Part shown: positions 50,271 through 60,991 of the stretch, piece after piece
How positions within the stretch are numbered: the stretch's first letter is position 1
How the letters are laid out: every line of letters starts with the position of its first letter
Origin: Malacoraja senta
Lineage: Eukaryota
Direction: 5' to 3'
Length of the DNA stretch: 60,991 nt
Assembly (NCBI GenBank): GCA_038087875.1
Contig: JAXLNO010000338.1
Location: 186,001-246,991 of the forward strand
Translations under genes and position numbers: made by a program
Notes under the pieces: generated by a model
What the model was told of the DNA's origin: nothing
Databases searched by the model: none
What the model saw: the letters and a program-made list of their open reading frames with translations, nothing else

Positions 50271-50496
50271 AATATTTTCAAGATGTAGCTTCTCGGACAT
50301 GTTTTTAATGATTACGTAAAATAGTTGACATCTGCTGCTATGTATGCTTCCATATAACTTTATATAACTTATATAACTCAATATAAGCAAGACGGCTCTT
50401 AGGGAGAGGCGGTGAGGCAGCGGCCTTGTGAGGGAAGTGCCCTGTGAGAAACGTGAGAGTCTTTGGCTCGAGAGTCTTCGGCGAGGAGGCTGAGGA

Positions 50497-53400
50497 GAGG
50501 AATTCCACAAATTCACAACTCTCTGGGTTGAAATGTTTTTCTCAATTCAGTCTTAAATGACCTCCCCTTTATTCTAATACTGTGGCCCCTGGTTCTGGAC
50601 TCGCCCAACATTGGGAACATTTTTCCTGCATCTAGCTTGTCCAGTCCTTTTATAATTTTATATGTGTCTATAAGGTATCCCCTCATCCTTCTAAACTCAA
50701 TTCAATTCAATTCAATTCAATTCCTTCATTGTCATCTTGCAAGCAACAGTTGTGCAGTGCAAAACGAAAAGACGTTGCCCAGGGAATACCGGAGCATCGC
50801 ACATGACGTTTAAAACATTTCACACATAATAATAATAATAATACTAAAACAATCCAGTCCCTGATGGAACAGTATAAGTTAAAATAGATACAAACAACGT
50901 TAAAATACAGTAAGACCAATCATAAACATGTCCGGGGTGGCTGATTTGAGTGGCCAGTGCCAGTTGTTGAAGTGGCCAGTGCCAGTTATTATAGTGTTCG
51001 TGCCAAGCCGCAGAATCAGGCGACTGTGAGTACAGAGTGGCTGTTTAGCAGCCTCACAGCATATGGCAGGAAGCTGTTTAGCAGTCTTCACAGCATAAAC
51101 TCCAGTGAATACAAGCCTAGTCTTTTCAATTTATCCTCATATGACAGTTCCCCCATCCCAGGGATCAATCTCCTGAACCTACGCTGCACTGCCTCAATCA
51201 CAAGGGTGTCCTTCCTCAAATTAGGAGGCCAAAACTGTACACAATACTCCAGATGTGGTCTCACCAGAGCCCTATACAACTGCAGAAGAACCTCTTTACT
51301 CCTATACTGAAATCCTCTTGTTATGAAGGCCAACATTCCATTAGCTTACTTCACTGCCTGCTGTACCTGCACGCCAACTTTAAGTGACCGGTGTACAAGG
51401 ACACCCAGGTCTCGCTGCACCTCACCCTTACCTAACCTAACCCCATTGAGATAATAATCTGCCCCCTTGTTTTTGCCACCAAAGTGGATAACCTCACATT
51501 TATCTATATTATACTGCATCTGCCACACATCTGCCCACTCACTCAACCTGTCCAGGTCACCCTGCAACCTCCTAACATCCTCGTCACAGTTCACACTGCC
51601 ACCCAGCTTTGTATCATCCGCCAACTTGCTAGTGTTGCTCCTAATTCCCTCTTCCAAATCATTAATATATATGGTAAACATTTGCAGCCCCAACACAGAG
51701 CCTTGCGGCACTCCACTCGCCACTGCCTGACATTCTGAAAAGGACCCGTTCACTCCTACGCTTTGCTTCCGGTCTGCCAACCAATTTTCTATCCATGTCA
51801 ACACCCTACCCCCAATACCATGTGCTCTAATTTTAGTCACCAGTCTCCCGTGCGGGACCTTATCAAAAGCTTTCTGAAAGTCTAGATACACTACATCTAC
51901 TAGCACCCCTTCATCCATCTTACTTGTCACATCCTCAAAAAAGCATGATTTCCCTTTCATAAATCCATGTTGACTTGGACTAATCCTTTTACTGCTATCC
52001 AAATGCCCCATTATTACCTCTTTAATAATTGACTCCAGCATCTTTCCCACCACCAAAGTCAGGCTAACTGGTCTGTAATTCCCCTTTTTCTCTCTCGCTC
52101 CTTTCTTGAAAAGTGGGATAACATTAGCTATCCTCCAATCCACAGGAACTGATCCTGAATCTATTTAACATTGGAAAATGATCACCAATGCGTCCAATAT
52201 TTCTGTAGCCACCTCCCTGAGGACCCTGGGATGCAGACCATCAGGCCCAGGGGATTTACCATCCTTCAGTCCCATTAGCCTACCCAATACTATATCCCGC
52301 CTAATGACAATTTCTTTCAGTTCCTCTACCCCCTTAGGTCCTCTGTCCTCCAGTACATCTGGGAGATTGTTTGTATCTTCCTTAGTGAAGACAGATCCGA
52401 AGTACCTGTTCAACTCTTCTGCCATTTCCTTGTTACCCATAATACTTCCACGTGTGTCTGCCTTCAAGGGACCCACATTTGACTTTGCTATCTTTTTCCC
52501 TTAACATATCTAAAGAAGCTTTTACTGTCCTTCTTTATATCCCTGGCCAGCTTCCCCTCGTACTTCATCTTTTCAGCCCGTATTGCCCGTTTTGTTTCCT
52601 TCTGTTGTCCTATGAAAGTTTCCCAATCCTCTGGCTTCCGGCTACTCTTTGCTGTGTTATACATCTTTTCTTTTAGTTTTATTCTATCCCTAACTTCTCT
52701 TGTCAGCCACGGTTGCCTCCTTCTCCCCTTAGAATCTTTCTTACTTCTTGGAATGAAATGATCCTGCGTCTCCCGGATTATGCCCAGAAATTCCTGCCAT
52801 TGCTGTTCCACCGTCATTCCTGCTAGGATCCCTTTCCAGTCTACTTTGGCCAGCTCCCCACTCATGCCTTCATAGTCCCCTTTGTTCAACTGCATCACTG
52901 CCACTTCCGATTTAACGTTCTCCTTCTCAAATTGCAGATTAAAACTAATCATATTATGATCACTACCTCCAAGCGGTTCCTTTAACTCGAGTTCTCTTAT
53001 CATATCTGGTTCATTGGACAACACTAAATCCAGAATTGCCTTTTCTCTGGTCGGCTCCATTACAAGCTGCTCTAAGAATCCATCTCGGAGGCATTCTACA
53101 AACTCTCTTTCTTGGGGTCCTGAACCAACCTGATTTTCCCAGTCTACCTGCATATTGAAATCCCCCATCACCATAGTGGCATTACCTTTGTTACATGCCA
53201 GTTTTAACTCCTGCTGCAACGTACACCCTACATCCAGGCTACTATTTGGGGGTCTGTAGATAACACCAATTAGTGTCTTCTTGCCTTTACAATTCCTCAA
53301 CTCAATCCACAGTGACTCTACCTCGTCAGTCCCTATATCTACCCTCGCAAGGGACTGAATTCACTCCCTCACCAGCAGAGCTACCCCCACCCCTCCTCCT

Positions 53401-53690
53401 CTGCCCACCCTCCTGTCCTTTCTATAGGATGTATAACCCTGAATATTAAGTTCCCAGGCCCGATCCTCCTGCAGCCACGTCTCAGTAATCCCCACAATGT
53501 CATATCTGCCAACCTCTAACTGAGCCTCAAGCTCATCTACTTTACTTCTTATACTTCGCGCATTCATATACAATACTTTTAATTCCTTACTCATCTCACC
53601 TTTCACATCTATCCCTATCACAATAGGCCAGACTCTCCTATCCCTTTGTGAGCTTCCTTTCCCGTTAATTCTGGGGTCATTAACCCTCCC
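50497..53690 (-). mobile_element. CR1 LINE ORF2 of a second subfamily, degenerate
   Basis: ORFs 53361-53621 (YMNARSIR, ITETWL), 52488-53300, 52165-52476, 51346-52143 (KLADDTK) and 51088-51336. Confidence 0.93.
50699..51095 (-). mobile_element. Rex1-like 3' fragment with (GAATT)n tail nested in CR1
   Basis: 7-bp TSD TAAACTC at 50692-50698 and 51096-51102. Confidence 0.7.
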
Positions 53691-53714
53691 TTTACTCTCT
53701 TTCCCTTCAACTCA

Positions 53715-54028
53715 TTACTCGACCATCCCAATGGCCATGAGGGGGGGGTCCAAGAGGATGGGGTCAGTTGGAGACGGGAAAAGGGATCATCAATGGGGGC
53801 GAGGACTCCTTCCCATGGAAGAACGCTGTGAGGCGGAGGCGACGGAAGAAGAGCTCCAAATCGCGGCGGGCGCGGAACTCATTGAGGTGGGGACGGAGGG
53901 GGACAAAGGTGAGGCCTCTGCTGAGGACAGACCGTTCGCTATCTGAGAGGGGGAGGCCAGGGGGGATGGTGAACACACGGCAGGGATGGGGGTTGGGGCC
54001 GGAGGAAGGCAGGTGAGTGGACTGAGGC
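53715..54028 (-). mobile_element. Penelope-like element N-terminal ORF fragment
   Basis: LSDSERSVLSRGLTFVP...FFRRLRL motif typical of PLE ORFs upstream of RT. Confidence 0.8.
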
Positions 54029-54078
54029 GATGGTGGCCGATTAGGAAAAGGGAAGATGCAACGAGACCTGGGTGTCAT

Positions 54079-57000
54079 AGATACATAGATACATAGAAAA
54101 TAGGTGCAGGAATAGGCCATTCGGCCCTTCGAGTCTGCACCGCCATTCAATATAATCATGGCTGATCATTCAACTCAGTATCCCGTACCTGCCTTCTCTC
54201 CATACCCCCTGATCCCTTTAGCCACAAGGGCCACATCTAACTCCCTCTTAAATATAGCCAATGAACTGGCCTCAACTACCCTCTGTGGCAGAGAGTTCCA
54301 GAGATTCACCACTCTCTGTGTGAACAAGTTTTTCCTCATCTCGGTCTTAAAGGATTTCCCCCTTATCCTTAAGCTGTGACCCCTTGTCCTGGACTTCCCC
54401 AACATCGGGAACAATCTTCCTGCATCTAGCCTGTCCAACCCCATAAGAATTTTGTACGTTTCTATAAGATCCCCTCTCAATCTCCTAAATTCTAGCGAGT
54501 ATAAGCCAAGTCTATCCAGTCTTTCTTCATATGAAAGTCCTGACATCCCAGGAATAAGTCTGGTGAACCTTCTTTGCACTCCCTCTATGGCTATAATGTC
54601 CTTCCTCAGATTTGGAGACCAAAAATGTACGCAATACTCCAGGTGTGGTCTCACCAAGACCCTGTACAACTGCAGTAGAACCTCCCTGCTCCTATACTCA
54701 AATCCTCTTGCTATGAAGGCCAACATACCATTCGCTTTCTTCACTGCCTGCTGCACCTGCATGCCTACTTTCAATGACTGGTGTACCATGACACCGAGGT
54801 CTCGCTGCATCTCCCCATTTCCTAATCGGCCACCATTTAGATAAAAGTCTGCCTTCCCGTTTTTGCCACCAAAGTGGATAACCTCACATTTATCCACATT
54901 ATACTGCATCTGGCAAACATTTGCCCACTCACCCAGCCTATCCAAGTCACCTTGCAGTCTCCTAGCATCCTCCTCACAGCTAACACTGCCCCCCAGCTTA
55001 GTGTCATCCGCAAACTTGGAGATGTTGCTTTCAATTCCCTCGTCCAGATCGTTAATATAAATTGTAAATAGCTGGGTTCCCAGCACTGAGCCTTGCGGTA
55101 CCCCACTAGTCACTGCCTGCCATTGTGAAAAGGACCCGTTTACTCCTACTCTTTGCTTCCTGTTTGCCAGCCAGTTCTCTATCCACATCAATAATGAACC
55201 CTCAATACCGTGTGATTTAAGTTTGTATCCTAATCTCTTATGTGGTACCTTGTCGAAAGCCTTCTGAAAGTCCAGATACAACACATCCACTGGTTCTCCC
55301 CTATCCACTCTACTAGTTACATCCTCGAAAAATTCTATAAGATTCGTCAGACACGATTTACCTTTAGTAAATCCATGCTGACTTTGTCCAATGATTTCAC
55401 CACTTTCCAAATGTGCTGCTATCCCATCTTTAATAACTGACTCTAGCAGTTTCCCCACTACCGATGTTAGACTAACTGGTCTGTAATTCCCCATTTTCTC
55501 TCTCCCTCCCTTCTTAAAAAGTGGGGTTACGTTTGCTACCCTCCAATCCTCAGGAACTACTCCAGAATCTAAAGAGTTTTGAAAAATTATCACTAATGCA
55601 TCCACTATTTCTGGAGCTACTTCCTTAAGTACTCTGGGATGCAGCCTATCTGGCCCTGGTGATTTATCGGCCTTTAATCCATTCAATGTACCCAACACCA
55701 CTTCCCGACTAACCTGGATTTCACTCAGTTCCTCCATCTCCTTTGACCCGCGGCCCCCTGCTATTTCCGGCAGATTATTTATGTCTTCCTTAGTGAAGAC
55801 GGAACCAAAGTAGTTATTCAATTGGTCCGCCATATCCTTGTTCCCCATGATCAATTCACCTGTTTCTGACTGCAAGGGACCTACATTTGTTTTAACGAAT
55901 CTCTTTCTCTTCACATATCTATAAAAACTTTTGCAGTCAGTTTTTATGTTCCCTGCCAGTTTCCTTTCATAATCTATTTTCCCTTTCCTAATTAAGCCCT
56001 TTGTCCTCCTCTGCTGGTTTCTGAGTTTCTCCCAGTCCTCTGGTATGCTGCTTTTTCTGGCTAATTTGTACGCATCATCTTTTGCTTTGATACTATCCCT
56101 GATTTCCCTTGTTATCCACGGATGCACTACCTTCCCTGATTTATTCTTTTGCCAAACTGGGATGAACAATTGTTGTAGTTCATCCATGCAGTCTTTAAAT
56201 GCCTTCCATTGCATATCCACCGTGAACCCTTTTAGAACTAATTGCCAGTCAATCTTGGCCAATTCACGTCTCATACCCTCAAAGTTACCTTTCTTTAAGT
56301 TCAGAACCGTTGTTTCTGAATTAACAATGTCACTCTCCATCCTTACGAAGAACTCAACCATAATATGGTCACTCTTGCCCAAGGGGGCACGCACAACAAG
56401 ACTGCTAACTAACCCTTCCTCATTACTCAATACCCAGTCTAGAATAGCCTGCTCTCTCGTTGGTTCCTCTACATGTTGGTTTAGATAACTATCCCTCATA
56501 CATTCCAAGAAATCCTCTTCCTCAGCACCCCTGCCAATTTGATTCACCCAATTCACCCCATACCGGAGGAGGCGCTGTCCTGAACGGCTGCCTGTCCTGC
56601 AGCTGTCCGTCTTTTTCCCTTCTTTTTTTATTATTTTTAGTACGTTTAGTTTGTAGTCAGGGGGCCTAATCTTTTTATGTGTGGGGGGTGGTGGGGGGGA
56701 AGGGGGAAACTGTTTTTCGAGTCCCTACCTGGTCGGAGGGGTTGCCTTCCTCCGAGCAGCGCCTTCGACCTGTCCTTGCGGCCTACCAGCGAGTCCTGGA
56801 GCGGCGTTTCCCTGGGGGACCTGGCCAGAACACCGGCTTTGGCGGCGGCGCAGACGTTTCCCTGACGGGACCTGGCCAGAACACCGGCTTTGGCGGCGGC
56901 GCAGAACATCGGCTTTGGCGGCGGTGCAGCGCTGGAGCGCTGTCGTGGAGCGGGCGATGCCTTTCCTGGGTCGCCGCGCTGGGACTCCAGTATGCTGGGA

Positions 57001-58482
57001 CCGCCGATGGGAACATCGTGGAGCCGCGGTTCTGTGGAGCGGCCACCTGCGACGCTGAACGTTACATCTCGGAGCATGGGCGAGAATATCGGGCGCCGTG
57101 GCGGGACTGTGGAGGCCTCAGTGGGCCCGACTCTGGGTGGACAAGAGGATGGGGACTGGACTTTGTGCCTTCCCCCACAGTGGGAACCATTGTGGGGGGA
57201 TGTTTTTGTATTGAACTTATTTTTGAACACTATGTTGTATTTTTATTAGTGTGCTGCAAGGACATCTGAATTTCCCCTGAATAAGGGGATTAATAAAGTC
57301 TTATCTTATCTTATCTTATCTTATCCATATGTAGATTGAAGTCACCCATTGTAACTGTTTTGCCTTTGTCGCACGCATTTCTAATTTCCTGTTTGATGCC
57401 ATCCCCAACTTCACTATTACTGCTAGGTGGCCTGTACACAACACCCACCAGCGTTTTCTGCCCCTTTGTGTTTCGCAGCTCTACCCATATCGATTCCACA
57501 TCCTCAAAGCTAATGTCCTTCCTTTCCACTGCGTTAATCTCCTCTCTAACCAGCAACGCTACCCCACCTCCTTTTCCTTTCTCTCTATCCCTCCTGAATA
57601 TTGAATATCCCTGGATGTTCAGCTCCAAGCCTTGGTCACCCTGGAGCCATGTCTCCGTGATCCCAACTATATCATAATCATTAATTGCTTTCTGCACGTT
57701 CAACTCATCCACCTTATTACGAATGCTCCTTGCATTGAGACACAAAGCCTTCAGGCTTGTTTTTACAACGCTCTTACCCCTTATACAATTATGTTGAAAA
57801 GTGGCTCTTTTTGATTTTTGCCCTGGATTTGTATGCCTGCCACTTCTACTTTTCACCTTTCTACCTATTGCTTCCGCCCGCATTTTACACCCTCTGTTTC
57901 TCTGCTCACCCATTTAAGAAACCCACCACCTCGTATTCTCTGTTTATTATTGTTTTCTTCTTTCCCCCCGACATGTTGGGTCTGAGTGCTTTCCTTCTCT
58001 GCCTCCTGCCTCACACACTGTCTAATAGCATTCTCTATTTGAGTCCCTCCCCCCAACCATTCTAGTTTAAAGTCTCCCCAGTAGCCTTTGCAGATCTCCC
58101 TGCTAGGATATCGGTCCCCCTCAGGTTCAAGTGCAACCCATCCTTTTTGTACAGGTCGAACCTTCCACAAAAGAGGTCCCAATGATCCAGAAATTTGAAT
58201 CCCTGCCTTCTGCACCAGTCCTTCAGCCACGCATTGATCTCCACCTCGCTCCATTCCTACTCTCACTGTCGCGTGGCACAGGCAGTAATCCCGAGATTGT
58301 TACCTTTGCTGTCCTTCTCTTTAACTCCCCTCCTAACTCCCTAAATTATCCTTTCAGGACCTCTTCTCTTTTTTTACCTATGTCATTGGTACCTATATGT
58401 ATCACTACCTCGGGTTCCTCTCCTGCCCTTTCAGGATATCTTGGACACGTTGAGACACATCACAGACCCTGGCACCAGTCAT
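54079..58482 (-). mobile_element. Young CR1 LINE (3' half of ORF1 plus ORF2) with 6-bp TSD, nested in another CR1
   Basis: ORF2 open for 793 aa (54175-56556) with its N-terminal part at 57311-57913; TSD TGTCAT at 54073-54078 and 58483-58488. Confidence 0.95.
56553..57325 (+). mobile_element. GC-rich non-autonomous retroposon with (TTATC)n tail inserted into CR1 ORF2
   Basis: Interrupts the GDFNLH..WVNQIG segment relative to the sister copy; AATAAA plus (TTATC)n end; internal ggacctggccagaacaccggctttggcggcggcgcaga duplication. Confidence 0.85.
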
Positions 58483-58514
58483 TGTCATGGTACAACAGTC
58501 ATTGAAAGTAGGCA

Positions 58515-58608
58515 AAGGTACATAAAAATGCTGGAGAATCTCAGCGGGTGCAGCAGCATCTATGGAGCGAAGGAAATAGGCAACGTTTCGGGCCGTAACC
58601 CTTCTTCA
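58515..58608. mobile_element. 94-bp short interspersed insertion with 11-bp TSD
   Basis: GAAAGTAGGCA at 58504-58514 and 58609-58619 inside a CR1 fragment. Confidence 0.8.
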
Positions 58609-58860
58609 GAAAGTAGGCATGTAGGTGCAGCAGGCAGTGAAGAAAGCGAATGGTATGTTAGCATTCATAGCAAAAGGATTTGAGTATAGGAGCAGGGAGG
58701 TTCTACTGCAGTTGTACAGGGTCTTGGTGAGACCACTGCCTGCGGATGAAGCGCAGGTCAATGCCACGTCTTCCTCCTCCAATCACCGCACTCTATTCTC
58801 AGTCCCAACCCCCCTCCCTCCTCCAATCATCGCGCTGAATTATCATGTCCCGCCCCATTG

Positions 58861-59340
<480 letters not shown>

Positions 59341-59929
59341 CAATGCACAAAAAAAACAAAAACAAAAAACACCCCGGAACCAACATTCGGCATTTCGCCC
59401 TCCACGCCTGGACGCCTGAGACCCGCCGTCCCGCTTTGCCATCGCCGGTGCGCCGCCCTAAAGCGTCCCACCTCCCGCCGGAAGCGCCTCGGGATGCAGC
59501 TGTGAAGAAGCAGGTAAAGATAAAAGCGCTGCCATGCAGCGGGGGAGGCAGCAATGCAGCCAGTGATACATGCATTCCCTTTAATGCAGGAGGCGGAGCA
59601 TGCACAGGCGCTGGCAGGCGGTTCCCCCACACGTTATAACTCACACTGAATCCACACTTAATCTGGCCCTGCAGACCGATTTCTGTCTCATTTCCAAACC
59701 ATTTGCCCCCAAAACTCCCCGAAAGTCACCAAGCCGACCTTGCGGGACAACGGGGTGGATGCGGGGAGCCCGGAGTGTCCGGAAAAGGCCCTTCGGCCCA
59801 TTTAACTCTTGCTAGCCCACACTTGGCAGTGCCTCCATTTGACTTTTCTGAATTTGTAGTCAGCAAGGCAGTTCTCTGCATATCGCCAACTTACCGAGTC
59901 CACTTCGCCTTCCAACCATGGCTGACCTA

Positions 59930-60416
59930 TCTCCCCTTCTCTCTCTCCCCCTCTCGATCCCCTCTCTCTCTCCCCCTCTCTCTCACCCCCTATCTCTCTC
60001 CCCCCTCTCTCTCCCCCCTCTCTCTCCCCCCTTCTCTCTCCCCCCTCTCTCTCCCCCCCTCTCTCTCCCCCCCTCTCTCTCCTCCCTCTCTCTCCCCCCT
60101 CTCTCTCCCCCTCTTCCTCTTCCCCTCTCTTCCCCTCCCTCCCCCTCTCTCCCACCTCTCTCCCACCTCTCTCCCCCTCCCTCACCCCCTCTCTCTCCCC
60201 CTCTCTCTCCCACTCCCTCCCCCTCTCTGCCTCTCGCTCCCCCTCTCTGCCTCTCTCTCTCCCCCTCTCTCTCTCCCTCTCTCTCGCCCTCTCTCTCTCT
60301 CTCTCTCTCTCTCCCTCTCTCACCCCTCTCTCTCCCTCCCTCTCGCCCCCTCTCTGCCCATCTCTCTCTCCCTCTCTCCCCCTCCCTGCCCATCTCTCTC
60401 TCTCTCCCTCCATCCC
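59930..60416. repeat. C/T-rich low-complexity tract
   Basis: About 490 bp almost entirely pyrimidine on the plus strand. Confidence 0.95.
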
Positions 60417-60899
60417 TGGTGAGACCACACCTGGAGTATTGTGTGCAGTTTTGGCCTGTTGGCCTTCATAACAAGAGGAGTTGAGTATAGGAGCAAAGAG
60501 GTCCTTCTGCAGTTGTATAGTGCCCTGGTGAGACCACACCTGGAGTATTGTGTGGAGTTTTGGTCCCCTAATTTGAGGAAGGACATTCTTGCTATTGAGG
60601 GAGCCCAGCATAGGTTCACCAGGTTAATTCCCGGGATGGCGGGACTGTCATATGCTGAGAGAATGGAGCGCTGGGCTTATACACTCTGGAGTTTAGAAGG
60701 ATGAGAGGGTATCTCATTGAAACATGAAAGATTATTAAGGGTTTGGACACGCTAGAGGCAGGAAACATGTTCCCGATGTTGGGGGAGTCCAGAACCAGGG
60801 GCCATAGTTTAAGAATAAGGGGTCAGCCATTTAGAACAGAGACGAGGAAACACTTTTTCTCAGAGAGTTGTGAGTCTGTGGAATTCTATGCCTCAGAGA
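60417..60899 (+). mobile_element. CR1 3' coding fragments
   Basis: LAFITRGVEYRSKEVLLQLY...LVRPHLEYC. Confidence 0.9.
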
Positions 60900-60923
60900 C
60901 AGGGAGAGACAGGGAGAGACAGG

Positions 60924-60991
<68 letters not shown>
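60900..60991. repeat. (GA)n microsatellite
   Basis: Direct reading; extends to the window end. Confidence 0.97.

Noticed and set aside
56646..57269. Overlapping ORFs of about 195 aa
   Set aside because: Stop-poor GC-rich repeat insertion; no recognisable domains.

Overview
Repeat-dense eukaryotic (vertebrate) genomic DNA. The repeat families point to a cartilaginous fish, probably a skate or ray (inference). Most of the window is transposon-derived: CR1 LINEs including two near full-length young copies in inverted orientation, Rex1/Babar, L1 and Penelope fragments, a Gypsy remnant and solo LTR, Harbinger-type DNA elements, and mini/microsatellites. Three structures stand out. (1) A spliced plus-strand gene at 14720-23921, all phase-1 GT-AG introns, encoding leader + V-C2-V-C2 Ig domains + TM; it has a CD4/LAG-3-type architecture with a WxC motif in D4, a cysteine-free D1 and an Arg at the start of the TM. 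(2) An internally deleted BEL/Pao LTR retrotransposon at 27000-30707 carrying a CCA-ended tRNA-Asp(GTC) copy before its 3' LTR and a 63-bp tandem array in place of PBS/gag/protease. (3) An interrupted inverted duplication of about 10.8 kb at 753-11587 with a 283-bp spacer. All coordinates and identities were read by eye; no database searches were run.
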